DNA of 64,000 bases from Octopus vulgaris (taxonomy: Eukaryota), in the NCBI GenBank assembly GCA_951406725.2, contig OX597828.1:11408001-11472000 (forward strand). The letters are read 5' to 3'. The notes under the pieces were generated by a model that saw only the letters and a program-made list of their open reading frames with translations, had not been told where the DNA came from and did no database searches. Every line of letters begins with the position of its first letter. The first letter of the stretch is position 1. Both the position numbers and the translations under genes were made by a program. Positions 27,370 through 41,290 of the stretch are shown here, piece by piece.

Positions 27370-27499
27370 ATACATATAGTCACAAACGTGCATGTGCCTA
27401 AACACACACATATATACACATACACAAACACACATATACATACATACATATGCCACACACGTGCATGTGTATAAACACATATATACACATACACAAACC

Positions 27500-27547
<48 letters not shown>

Positions 27548-28085
27548 CAGACACCCGAAGAAATATCTAAAAATATATATATACACACACACATTCATAT
27601 ACAATCACGCTATAAGGCATTACATAATATTATTTACATCATAATCCACAACACATATACATATACACACACATGTGTGTGTATATATATATATATATAT
27701 ACACACATACATATAGCTACACAGGTGCATGTGCATAAACGCACACATATATACATATACACAAACCCACATATATACACATACAGACGCCCAAAGATTT
27801 AGCCATAAATATCTATATTTACACACACACACACACACACATTCATACACTGTCACATTATAAAGCATTACATAATATTATTTATACCACAATCCACAAC
27901 ACCGTGGCACATATATATACACGCACACACAAATGTATATATATAGATAGATATAGATATACATATAGCCACACATGTGGATGTGTATAAACACACACAT
28001 ATATATACACATACACAAACCCACATATATATACATAGACACCCAAAGATTTATCCATAAATACACACACACACACACACAAATG
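27370..28085. repeat. Tandem ~255-bp duplication built on microsatellites (about 3 units)
   Basis: Landmarks gtgcatgtg, acaaacccac, agac(a/g)ccc(g/a)aaga and gcattacataatattattt recur at ~255-bp spacing. Confidence 0.75.
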
Positions 28086-28421
28086 TATACACATCAAAAA
28101 CAAATACATGTATGCACACTAGCACAATGGAAAGCAATGCAACATGAAAGGAATATTAAAATATTCATAAAAAAACGAACATATTTCATCAGTATTTAAT
28201 GATTTTTGTTACTCTCCCCCTCTTTCTCTTTCCCTACCAAAACACTTAGCTCCACACCATACTATACAACATGAGCCAATGATGGAGTCTCCATCCATGT
28301 GGTTGCTTGATTTGGTAGAAAGAGCACCGAAATCCTCACACTGCTATCTTACGAAAAACAAAAGCCAAAAAAAAATGATGTTAAATTCTTCCACCTCCAC
28401 CACCATCATCACTGCTGTCAT

Positions 28422-28623
28422 TCATCATCATCATCATTTCATCGTTTAACGTCTGTTTTCCGCGCTAGCACGGGTTGGACGGTTTCGACCGGGGTCTGGG
28501 GAGCCAGGGGCTGCCCCAGGCTGCCCCAGGCTCCAGTCTGGTCTGGCAGTGTTTCTACAGCTGGATGCCCTTCCTAACGCCAACCACTCCGCGAGTGTAG
28601 TGGGTGCTTTTTACGTGCCACCT
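28422..28623 (-). mobile_element. Family B retroposon, young copy
   Basis: CpG-rich; near reverse complement of 38411-38595. Confidence 0.85.
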
Positions 28624-29749
28624 ATCATTTTCATTATTTCATTATCATCAACACAGTCCCGGTCACATGGTCATTTCACATCTACTTTCCATGCTAGCAT
28701 GGGTTGAACATCATGATCTAAGACAGTCCTTCATCAAACTTAGTGCCCTAACAGATTAGCAGAAGGACCAGATCTCACTGAAAGTGAATTTCTGTTGTGG
28801 TTTTAAGGGGTTTGGGAGCACACTTCCTAACACTAAACCATTTTACAGAAAGTGCTGGATGCATTTTATTATGATATGAGCACCAGACAGGTTGCCTTAT
28901 TCCTTGCAAAACTAAAGAGCTTTTTCTATTTTATGTTGCCCCTGCCCTTACAAATCAAAGTATGAGTACAGAAATAATACACACATGTACACACATGTAT
29001 GAACACATATGTAAATGTATGGTGGGGATAGTAGACAGAGAGAGAGAGATAAAAGGGGAAAAATTGTAGCAGAGAGAGTAATAGAAAAGACAGTGAAAGC
29101 TATATTCTGATTGTTGGTAATGAATTTGGATAATGAACATCATGACTAGCATGATGGTATAACAACAATGAAAATGTTCAAAATATATGTAAAGATGAGG
29201 TGGTCATGATTGGAATACTTTTGATTGAGTAGAATTGTTGTTGGGCTATAAACACCTACACTACAGCACACAATATGAGCCATTGATTGATTGATTGATT
29301 GATTAATTGATTGAGAGAGAGAGAGAGAGAGACTCTATAATGCTATTCAGCTGAAAATAATAGCAGCAAAACTCCCTGATATCATTCTGCATGATCTTAA
29401 GAAAGAAAGTGGGGATTATACATTGATTAATGCAATCCAACGTTTATCATGCAAAAGCAAAAAAGCAGGATGGTCATGGCCAGAATGCTTTTGGTCATAT
29501 TGCAACTTGATCAGAGTGGATAGGCAGTTTTTCAAGTATGGCTTTTCAACACACACATTCACTCTTTATCACACTATACAGCATTACATAATATTATTTA
29601 CACCACAATCCACAACACTGTGACACTTCACGCAACACCACCATACACTGCTTCCCTACACCAAAATTCACAACACAGTATCACATTCAGCTCAACTACA
29701 TCATTCCGCTACACACTACACTGTACAAGCCCACTAGTCCACATACCAC

Positions 29750-30075
29750 CCTGGCACTCTGTCAGTTACAATGACAAGGATTCCAGTTCATCTAATCAAT
29801 GGAACAGTCTTCTCATGAAATTAACATACCAGAGGCTGAGCACTCCACAGATATACGTACCCATAACGTAGTTCTCAGAGAGATGCAGTGAGACACAGAA
29901 TGCGACAAGGAAGGCGGGCCCTTTTGAAGTACAAGTACTATCCATTTTTGCCAGCTGATTGAATTGGAGTAAGATGAAATAAAGTGTTTTGTTGAAGAGC
30001 ATAATATGCCACCAGGAATTGAATTCATGACAAGATGAGCCAAATACACTAACTACTAAACCATCCACTTTTACA
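29750..30075 (-). mobile_element. tRNA-derived SINE (family D-related, different 3' body)
   Basis: Head plus a degenerate ttgagcaagacactttatttca segment shared with 49885; distinct downstream body. Confidence 0.7.
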
Positions 30076-30084
30076 TGCATAAAA

Positions 30085-30401
30085 GATCCCCTTCAGTCAT
30101 GAATGACCATGAGACTGCACCTAGAAAGTTCCCCTCTGAGGCACAAGTCCAAGCAGGTTATGGAGACCAGCAGTCGTCCATGCTTACCAGCCTCCCTTTT
30201 CCACACCACCAATGTTATCCAAGGGTAAAGCAAAGGGGCCGATACAGCTTGGCACCAGTGATGTCATAACTCATTTCTACAGCTGGGTGAAGTGGAGCAA
30301 CATAAAATAAAGTGTCTTGCTCAAGAACACAACCCACAGCCCAGACCGGGAATCAAACTCACTACCTCATTATTGTGAGTCTGATGCTCTAACCACTGGG
30401 C
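30085..30401 (-). mobile_element. SINE family D
   Basis: Reverse complement of 49885-50240; further head-only fragments at 30636-30850. Confidence 0.85.
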
Positions 30402-31081
30402 CACTAATTAATAAACTTAGCAGTCAACAATGCCAGAATAAGAGGAATTAGATGATCTCAGATCGTGGCAGCTCAAGGTTCCCTTAGTTAAACATACGTT
30501 CAAATAAGTACAACTGGATAGGAGGAGGAGATAAAGATTGATAACAAAGAGGATACAAATCCAAATCTGTGGCTGTAAGGCATAGAATAGATCTATGGAT
30601 GGAGCAAAGTTCTAGTCAAATGGAACTGGTGCAATTGAGTGAACTGGAGCAACGTGAAACAAAGTGTCTTGCTCAAAAACACAACACATAGCCCGGTCAT
30701 GGAATCAAACGCACTATCTCATAATTGTAAGCCTGACACTCTAACCACTGAGCCATGCATGTTCACACACAACACGCAGCCTGGTCAGGGGATCGAACTT
30801 GCTATGTCATGATTGCAAGCCCAATGCTCTAATCACTGTGTCATGCACCCATATACCACGTTACAGCTATTATTACAGTGCATTCCCTTACACCATACCT
30901 CACTGCAATGCACTGTAATACACAAAAACAACCCTCTTCCACTATTCTTATATTACACTTACACCATACAACACTTTGCCTCCCCGAAGCATGCCACATC
31001 ACAATACCTCACCTCCTACCACTCTATATCACTGCTTGAAAAGATATGTCAAGGTAAGTGAATTTGAAATCATGGTCATGG

Positions 31082-31622
31082 CAAGTGCCAGTGAAATGTA
31101 AAAGGCAGCCATGCCAGTGACACATAAAAGGCACCTGTGCCCATGACATATTAAAGGCACCCATGCCAGTAACGCGTAGAAGGCACATGTGTCCATGACA
31201 CATAAAAGGCACCTGTGCCCATGGAACATCAAAGGCACCCATGCCAGTGATGCATAGAATGCACCTGTGCCCATGACACATTAAAGGCACGTGTGCCCAT
31301 GGCACATTAAAGGCACCCATGCAATGACGCATAGAAGGCACCCATGCCGGTGATACATTAAAGGCACTTGTGTCGGTGATATGTAGAAAGCACCTGTGCC
31401 AGTAATATGTAAAAGGCACCCATGCTGGTGACACGTAAATGACACCCAATACACTCTCTGAAGTGGCTGGCATTAGGAAGGGCAACCTGTCATAGAAATC
31501 AAGCCAAAACAGATGCTTGGAGCCTGGGATAGTTCTCCAGCTTACCAGCTCCAGTGAAACCATCTAACCCATGCCATGGAAAAACAGACATTAAATTATG
31601 ATGATGATGATGATGATGATGA
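31082..31622 (+). mobile_element. Family B retroposon with internal 26-bp minisatellite (~14 units)
   Basis: Unit aaggcacccatgccagtgacacataa at 31082-31447, then ggcattaggaagggca... and an (ATG)n tail. Confidence 0.85.
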
Positions 31623-32334
31623 CAACTATACCATGCCATTGTACATACACCATACCTCATTACACTACATTACCACCACCACCCATGACATTCCCCTGCC
31701 CCTTAGCCTACCTTATTTTACACCACACCACTGCACAATACATTAATATATTAAATGACACTGCACAAAACACTATTCTGCTTAAACTATACTACACCAC
31801 TCTGCTTAAACCACACACCACACAGCACACCACACTAAGCAACATTACAGGCTTTTGTCATTGTAGCTATTGTTATTGCTGCTGTTGTATTTATTGTTAT
31901 TGCTGTATTAGTTTTGTTGTTGTTGTTGTTGACATTCTGCCTTGAGCCATTGACTTAAGAAGTAGCAGTAGAAAGAGGTGGGTTGTACAGAGATGAGGGG
32001 TAAGCTAGTATTGGCATTGGCAGCTATAAACAAAATTAATGTGATATTTTTCTATATAACTAGACTAATGGTTATTAGAAATCTGTCAACTTTGCTCATT
32101 ATGTAAACAAAAAATAACAACAACAATTGTAATAACAACAATAATGGTAACATTAACAATAACAATAATAACATTAATTATAATAGTAATAAAAAACATT
32201 TTTTTCTTATTTATAATAATAAATAACAATAATATTAACAATTAATTTAATAATAATGAAAAACTAAAAATGAAACAACAACAACAGCAGCAGCAACAAC
32301 AGCAACAACAAAGTAACAGAAACAATAAAATGAT

Positions 32335-32567
32335 AAGGTGGCAAGCTGGCAGAAGCATTTGCATGCTGGACGAAATGCTTAGCGGTATTTCCTCTGCCGT
32401 TACGTTCTGAGTTCAAATTCCACCAAGGTTGACTTTGCCTTTCATCCTTTCGGGGTCGATAAATTAAGTACCAGTTATACATTGGCATCGATGTAATCGA
32501 CTAAATCCCTTTGTCTGTCCTTGTTTGTCCCCTCTGTGTTTAGCCCCTTATGGGCAATAAAGAAATA
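32335..32567 (+). mobile_element. SINE family C, full length
   Basis: Perfect 17-bp TSD agaaacaataaaatgat at 32318-32334 and 32568-32584. Confidence 0.92.
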
Positions 32568-33992
32568 AGAAACAATAAAATGATTTCTATTTGCCACAAG
32601 AGTGATGGATAAAGGGCCATTAGATGGATAGGCTAAAATAAGAGTTGGGGTTTACACTGAAATCAAACGAGAAAAGAAAATGAATACACAGTATATAAAA
32701 TTTTATAATGTCCCAGGAGTACAACTGTGACCTAAGGCCAATTTACAGATAAAAGGACCACTGATCATAGATATAGCCTGAGTACCAAGGGATAAATGCT
32801 CTCTACTAGTAATCATTCTCCAGCCTACAGGAGCATGCTGAGTGTAAGATCATTCACAAAAGAGACCGATAGAATAAGTACTGGGCTTACAAAAGAATAA
32901 GTCGAGGTGCTCGATTAAAAAGGCAGTGCTCCAGCATGGCCACAGTCAAATGACTGAAACAAGTAAAAGAGTAAAGAGGCTGCTGTACAAAACTCTACAG
33001 TTCAGTAATGCTTAGACAGTGAAGAATAAGTGTATGCAGAATGGTTTTGCTGCTCTGCACATAGCTCAGACATACCTGGCTGAAAGCATTTTTAAGCCTG
33101 TTAAGTTTGTTTCAAACTGGCAATGCCCTACTGTAGCACAGCCAGGTTAGTGTTTTCTAGAATGCATCTATAGTTTCAAGGCTAGACATCCTCTGGCACA
33201 GACCAGCCAATTTATCCTTGTTGATTCTCAGTTTTCTCAAGAACATCATTACTCTCCCTCACCACAAGACCTTAACAGAATGATTATATGGGAGACGCAC
33301 TAGGTGCATTGCCTAGATGTGAGAGAGCTGTGAGACCCTAGCAAAATCAAGGACATCATGTACCTGGTCAGTCTTCACTTGATCAAGTACTACTGCTCTC
33401 AAAGAGAAGGGTTTAAGAGAAAATGTACCTGACAAAGCACAATCACACCAACTCATTGACCAGGAATATTTTTTCTTCATCAGTCTTGTCAGGAGATCTG
33501 CTTGCTAAAGAATAGAACCATTTCCTCAGTGTGTCATAAAAGGTGACTGTTATGAGGCTGAAAAGAGGTTGAATTAGGATATGCATTTCAATCTTATAAA
33601 AACCTCACCAGCAATGACTGCCTAAACAGATCCAACTAGGTTGGGTTGGAGGGTCATTGCCTGAGCAGTGCAAAGTATCCTCAGTCAGAAGTAAGGAACA
33701 CCAAGAAAAGGTGGAAGCATCAATGTGCTGCAATGGTACATGTGTCCACACCTGAACTGACCTTGTCAGGAAGAAGGGTCAGTGGCAAAGGTGTTCACAA
33801 GTCCTCCAAGACTGATGAGATTGATGGCATAAATGTATCTCTTAAAATGCTTCATGTTCCTAACTGCACAAATAACATGCAGGAAATTCCAGAGGGCCAA
33901 TATCCATGGAAGTAAGTACTGAGTGTAAGGTTAGTATAGGGCTTGGGTGCAAGAAGACACAAAATGAGGGATAAGAGAAAAGAAGAATGAGT

Positions 33993-34440
33993 TCATCATT
34001 ATCATCATTTCACGTCCTCCTTCCATGGCATGGGATGGATGGTTTGATAGGAGCTAGCCAGGTTGAAGACTACACTAGACTTCTGTGTCTGTTTTTGGCA
34101 TGGTTTTTACAGATGGATGCCCTTCCTAACAGCAACCACCCTGCAGAGTGGACTGAGTGTTTTCCATGTGGCACCAGCACAGGTGAGATCATTTTTGGCA
34201 TGGTTTTTACAGCTGGATGTGCTTCCAGATGCCAACCACTCCATAGTGTGAACGGGATGCTCCTTACATGGCACCAGCACCAGCAGGGTTACCAAGTAAC
34301 TTTCAAGACAAGGAATCTTTGAGAGGGGAGGGGACATTGGAGGCGGTGATATTGTATCAGATGATAAAAGGTTAGAGTGTGACAGAGACAGAGAAGCAGA
34401 AACAGGTGTCTTGCTATGGAGGAGGTACATGGTTACCCAC

Positions 34441-34479
<39 letters not shown>

Positions 34480-34560
34480 GAGAGAAAGAGAGGATAGTTA
34501 ATAAGAAAGAGAACAGAAACAGGTGTGCTGCTGTAAAGGAGATACTTAGTTACTTAACCT
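33993..34560 (-). mobile_element. Family B retroposon, long form with internal duplication
   Basis: tttttggcatggtttttacag...ggatg block duplicated (34092, 34192); extension ggtgtcttgct...ggag resembles 39030-39060. Confidence 0.7.
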
Positions 34561-36864
34561 GATGGAAGAGCAAAAGGAGAGAGAGACAGAGTGACAGTTA
34601 GAGAATGAGGACAGAATGAGTAAATGGAGGTGGCACAAAATACAGACACCTCACCTCCAAATATCAGAGGCCCTTATAGTAGAAGCAGGAAAAGCTACAT
34701 CTATGGGCCAGATTTCAAAAGTGTTTGTATGTTGCTCCATGCTTATCAGTCACATGGTCTTTATCTGTATATAGTCTAAGCTATCTGAGTACATAACAGA
34801 TATGGGACCATAATCCATTATGGTTCTCCTCTGAGATTTGTAGAGGCTTTGTGGTTACTGGGGCCTGAAGTATTTTGGGGGGTTTGGAAATGAAAAGCCT
34901 GTATCTAAGATGTTGTCCTGGCTGTGTTAATGATGTGTCCTTAATATGAGAGCCCTTCAGTAAGGTCCAGAAGTGATCATAAAGGTTCTAGCAACATGCT
35001 GTTCATGTTTAAGAAAGATAAAACATAATGACTTTTCTTTCCAATATTGGCACAAATCTAACTGTTTTAAGGGGATAGGAGAAGTGATTATATTAACCCC
35101 AGTTCTTGACTGATACTTTGAGAAGTGCTGTTAAAGATTTTGTCAGGGCCATTGATGATTGTCAGTTCACTGCCTTATGGGGGAAGTATAATAATGTTCT
35201 CTTCATATGTGTGGTGACTGGGTTTTTCTTTTCTTTCTTTCATTCTAAATATCTGACATTCACTGATGCAAAGGCTGACCGACATTGTGAGATGTATTGA
35301 CTGAGCAGCAATAATGAATGCAGTTAGATTTACTGACCAACACCATTTAATCCATTGGTCAATATTGTTATGTCTAGACACAGGCAAGGAGATGTAGTAA
35401 AGGAGTTTGTTTTGAAACCAAGTGATTTTGAATCTGATCCTGGTGCGCAGTACGGCATTGAGTAAGGGTCATTTACTACAGCCTTAAAAAATTGACAAAT
35501 ACTTTGTGAGATAAATTTGGGAGGTAAAAACTGCAGAATCCCACTGCATATACTCCTTTGTATGCACGTGTATCCCTGTGTACACATATGCATGTGTGTA
35601 TCTATATGTGTGTGCACATATATGTATGTGCACGTGTGTGTGTGTATATGTGCATGTGTCTGTGCATAGGTTTATCAGAGTAAATCAGTCTTCAGACCCT
35701 TTATGTCAAAAGGTTACTTAGCAAATCAATAATTTGAAATCATTAAAGAAAAATACTATAGACGACTGAAAAAAGTGGATAGATTCGACTGACGCACACA
35801 TACAAAAAAGAAAAAGATACAGGGAAAGCAGTGCTACAGCATGGCCATAGTTCAACAACTGAAACTAATAAAAATGTATATATAAATCGATAGAGTAATA
35901 GATTTACTAACTAATAGTTGCTGTTAGGTATGCAGACCAATATACTGACAGATTTCCAGACCACTATAATGATATATTTTTTGGTCAATATTATTAGGTG
36001 TACAAATCAATACACTGATAGAATTATTGATCAGTACTGATAGATATACATTACATATCAATACAGTGACAGAGTTATTGATCCGTATTTTTAGGTATAC
36101 ATATCAATGCAGAGACAGAATTGCAAACAAATGCTGATAGAGTTATTGACCAACACTAGTTGAAATTGTTAGATTTACTGACCAGCATTAATTGATATAT
36201 TGGTCAATAGTTATACATAAATACAGACATAGCCATTTGGTCAAGAATTTTGGTTCAGATGCACAGCTGTGTAGTTCTAAATTCCTCACTGTCCAGTGCA
36301 CTAGTTTGTTGAAGTGTTTTTGACTGGAGCTTTGGTGAGATGGTTTGATGCACTGGTAATTATCTATATTAGTTGGTCACCATTTCTTCGTTATGATGAT
36401 CACACTGTAGAGCATGAGAGTGTTAAAAGTGACTGTGGAAAGTTTCAAGCAGTTAACTTTAATAATACATAAAGAATTCCAGAAACATGACTAGCTCAAT
36501 GTGTAAGTACAAACAACTAGACAATAGTACGTTTCTGTCGGAAGAAGACACTGGCAGACACATGCAACGACATGCAAACGGATGTACGCACACAGACAGA
36601 CCAACAAAACACAAATAAACATCTAAAATACTGCACATTTACATGCATGCATTCATGTGCTTAAAAATGAAAAAAAAAATTATAAAAAAAAGTAACAGAA
36701 ACAGTGTTTCAAATGGAAAAATGTTGCACAAACCAAACACACATCCCCTCGCAGATATCTACAGATTCATAGCAACTATAGAAATCTCTTTACAAAAACC
36801 TGATGTGCGAAGACAATAGAGGCAACAATGAGACTGACTGGAAGATGGCAACACCAAAACAGAC

Positions 36865-37076
36865 TTAGAGAATGCCACAGTCATTATGGCTGAATTCCAA
36901 CATTGTGAAAACTATCTTAAAAACTAATACCAAACTGAAGCGATGGCTTCTTTTGAGAATCTTCGATAAAATGTAGACGAAGACTTTTGGAAAAGTTTCT
37001 CTCTCTAAGAATAATTCTGATGTGTGAAAGAGAGTGTGAAAGGAAAGGAATGAGTCAATGGTAATTTCACAGTCTC
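36865..37076 (-). CDS. Candidate terminal exon (70 codons)
   Basis: Pyrimidine-rich acceptor ...cacatgtgcag| at 37077; phase-1 frame xDCEITIDSFLSFHTLFHTSELFLERETFPKVFVYILSKILKRSHRF...CGIL* in unique DNA. Confidence 0.25.
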
Positions 37077-38410
37077 CTGCACATGTGAGGCAATGAAAAA
37101 GATGCAAAGAGAAAGCTGAAGAAAAGTAGTGCAGATAACACAACCAAATCTTAGAATTCGTCTTTATTACCAGCCTACCTTAAAGTAAGTCAATTCAAAG
37201 TGGTCTTTGACCCTTTAGAAAAGAGAGTGATGTAAAGCTGAACGTAAAAGATGTATAATATCCAAAGAACTAATAGTACAAGTACACACACACACACACA
37301 CACATGTATGTATATGTGTGCGTGTGTATGCATTATATATATACATATATACATATGCATATATGTGTGTATGTGTGTGTATATATATGTGTATGTATGT
37401 ATATGTTATGTATATATGTATGTATGTATCTGTTGCAACTTCTCTACAGAACATTTCTTTAGATTTCTTGTGAAAAACTCTGCTTTGATAAGACATATGT
37501 AATAGTGAAAAAAAAAATAAAATAAAATAAAAACGTTAGTGAAAGAAAGCAGTATTGAAACGGGAGAAAATATGGACAGATAACAAGGAACCAATAAAGA
37601 ATCGAGCAGGTTTCACTTATTTTGAAGAAGATTGGCTGATTGAAAGAGGAAGAGAGAAAGTGAGAGACAGAAAGAAAGATATATATAGAGTGAGAGAGTG
37701 AGAGGAGAGAAAGACATTGCATTGTTTTAACAAGAGAAAAAAAGAAGTAACCAGATAAACGAACGGAAAGAATCACTAATCACAGAGCAATTGCAGTTAC
37801 AGAAATATGTCAACTAGAGAGAAAAAAATGAATACAAAAATACAAACTTCAAATGGATCATTTAACTTAGAGCTTGATGGAATAATCTAAAAATGTATAT
37901 GTATATGGGCCAGTGAAATATTTTATTCATAATCACTCAACAGGATCGATATACCTGGCCTCAACAACAACCTTTCAGACAGCACTAAAATAAGGATTAC
38001 ATGCTTTAAGTCCTAGATTTTATGACAGCAATAAATCATAGAACAAAAAAAAAAATGATGTCCACAGGTTGTAAAACATGGATCAAATATCAAAGTTCAA
38101 CCTTGACCAATGATTTTCAAATTGGAGAATCTTAGCTTCAAAGAAAGTAATTTCAAATCTATGGGGAGAAATTTCAGCCAGGAGGGGAACTCGAAATTGA
38201 GAAAGAATGTTCTTTGTACATCATACGTGAGTGAGTGGAATGGTGTTGCAGCAGACATGAGGTTCAATTCCTACAAACGGCGTTACAAATGTTTTCTGTC
38301 TTCTGCATTATAGATATATAACACCGTGGATTGAAATCTCGACGACAGGCTGCTAATATGAAGAATCTCAGCTTAAAAAGTTTAAAGCTTCAAATATGGA
38401 CAGATATGCG

Positions 38411-38595
38411 GGTGGCACGTAAAAAGCACCCACTACACTCACGGAGTGGTTGGCGTTAGGAAGGGCATCCAGCCGTAGAAACACTGGCAGATAAGACTGG
38501 GCTTGATGCAACCTTCTGGCTTCACAGACCCCAGTTGAACCGTCCAACCCATGCTAGCATGGAAAGCGGATGCTAAATGATGATGATGATGATGA
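38411..38595 (+). mobile_element. Family B retroposon, young copy
   Basis: ggtggcacgtaaaaagcaccc...ggcgttaggaagggcatccagccgtagaaac...(ATG)n; an older inverted copy at 38712-38930. Confidence 0.85.
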
Positions 38596-40710
38596 AGCAG
38601 TGATGTTGTCTTGAGATAGTAGTCAGTGCAGCCACAAGGTTTGCAGCAGTCATGAGGTTTGATTCCTCTAGGTGATGTTATGTTTATCTGTCTCCCATAT
38701 TGATCATCACCATCATCATCATCAGTTACATTAATGTCCATGTTCCAAGCTGGCATGGGCTGAATGGTTTGCCAGGATCCTATGAGTCTGAAGACAACAT
38801 AATGTTCCTATGCCTGATTTGACATGATTTCTTTAGCTGGATGCCATTCCTAACACCATCCATTTCAGAGAATGTATCAGGTGCTTTTATCATGGAACCA
38901 GCACTAGTGAGGCTACCATGTAACTAGCAGGACCAAGATCCACTTCAATTAAGTAGAGACAATAGACAGGGAACTGGCATTTTTGCTATGAGATAAGGAG
39001 TTATGTAAGAGAGAAGGTACCGGAACAGAATGTGTTTCTTGTTGCAAGGAAGCTACACAACTCCACACATTATAGAAAAGTGGGTGATAGAGGGGATGAG
39101 GGACCAGGATGGACTTCCAAGAGCTTTCTTTTAATGTAAATATGGTAAGCATCAAAGTAGTGCCAGCTAATTTCCCAACACAAGAATGAAAGACGGATAA
39201 CAGTGAAATGGTTCCAGGTAGTGAGAGGGGTAAGTGATATGAGGGAAAAGCTGAAATATGCAATTCTGCTTACATTTAATTACAGCAGCAGAATAGTGCA
39301 GTTAAAGAGATGATGGGCGGTGGGAATGTGTTGAGGAGGAATTTGAGGTGGGGGAAGGCATGTATACATACATGAACACACACATACACACACATGCACA
39401 TGCACATATGCATTGAACTTCACTCAGTTGAATATACCTTAAGAATCGTTACAGATGAGTTAACTAAAAAGTGAAACATCTTAACGTTCGCATGTGTCAT
39501 GACCTTTGAGCAAAACTAAGTGGATTTGTTCTTCAGTTTCCTAGTTTTTGTTTCTTTGCAAGTAGGGCAAAGGACACATTAAATTAAATAGGAGTTTTGT
39601 TTTGGGAGGATTTTGTTATTACTCAATTTTTTTTGTCTCTCTTTCAATCAATACTTAAAAAGTGCTCTTTGTCTTTCTAACAATACATTTTGGCACTAAA
39701 TCAAGTGTGAATTTTGTGATCCACCAAAGTAACAATTTCATATTTTCATTTGGCTGCAAATTGATAAAGAACTTTTAATTCCATAATTTTGAAATGTTTG
39801 AAAAATTCTATTGTAAAAGTAAAATATTGGTTTCAGATTTTGATGCAAAGCCAGCAATTTCAAGGTAGGAGATAAGTCGATTACACCAACCCCAGTGCAT
39901 GACTGGTACTTATTATATCAACCCAAAAAGGATGAAAGACCTTGGCAGAACTTGAACCCAGACCAGGTTTCATCAGAGAATTATTTAATCAGGGGTTGAC
40001 CTGAGACTAAGCAGTAACGATGGTTGATATAAACAAGAAACACACACTATATAAAGATATCCTTGCTGAAAAAACACAGAAAAGTCATACTAATATTCAA
40101 ATAATACAGCAAGTTAACCATGAGACAATGAATGCTGAAGAGGAGCCTTCTGTCTGGCCAAAGAGTTATGGGATTCTCTTGTACCATGGTAAACTGAAGT
40201 CAGTTCACTTAATGATATGATTAGTGTAAAGGAAAGGCATCCACACACCCATAGAAACTATGTCCTAAATAGAACATGAAATATTTAAGGCAATCTTTAT
40301 TTTCAATGAAATGTGGATGTTGTGTTAAAAAACAGAACACTGCTTTAATAAGAGGACCCCTCATATGGACTCATGGTATTTATAAAAGCACTGGTATTTA
40401 TATTGTTGTCGGATGAAAACCATCTGCTATGGCTGCCGGAAGAGTTGCCAGATCATGTGATTTTACCCCATTTCAGGCTCCACTGTGACAGGCAACCAGT
40501 AGTGACACAACAACCAACTCTCAAACCAACAACAGTAGACAGAATATCAGTGTTCTGTGTTCAAACACAACATCTGTGTTGAGTTGAGGATAAAGACTGT
40601 CTTATGGTATTAATACTGCTCCTGTCACTATTTTATATATACATATATATATATATATAGGGACAGAGATAAACACACACATGAATGTATACATGTATAT
40701 ATATATATAA

Positions 40711-40942
40711 AGTTAATCCAAACAAGAAAACACAGAAAAAAGAGAAAAAAACCCCAAAAAACACAGCAACGCAGGACGTGGAACAATTAAAGTATTATTG
40801 ACGCTCAGGAAAGAAGAGAATGAGGGTTTAACGTTTCGAGCGGAGCTCTTCATCGGAAACAAGGAGAAGGAAAGATCCCAAGAAGGGAAGACAGAGGAAA
40901 AAATATTTGAGCTGGTGGTGCTCAAGAGATCACATGTTGAAA
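40711..40942 (-). mobile_element. Short PLE-like element with minimal hammerhead motif, copy 2
   Basis: Minus strand gttt-CcGATGA-A-GAGC-tcc-GCTC-GAAA-CG-TT-aaac at ~40826-40860; homologous to 2485-2694. Confidence 0.65.
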
Positions 40943-40961
40943 GAACAGAAGTTAAGAGATA

Positions 40962-41035
<74 letters not shown>

Positions 41036-41073
41036 TATGTATCTCTTTACCTCTCTCTTTCTCTCTCTCAATA

Positions 41074-41211
41074 GATAGATAGACAAACAAATACCTAGAT
41101 AGATAGACAGACAGACAAACAGATGGCTAGATAGATAGATAGACAGACAGATAGCTAGATAGATAGATAGACAGACAGATAGCTAGATAGATAGATAGAC
41201 AGACAGATAGC

Positions 41212-41243
<32 letters not shown>

Positions 41244-41290
41244 TAGATAGATAGATAGACAGCTAACTAGCTAGCTAGATAGGTAGATAG
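41074..41290. repeat. (GATA/GACA/GCTA)n compound microsatellite with 28-bp higher-order unit
   Basis: gctagatagatagatagacagacagata repeated. Confidence 0.92.
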
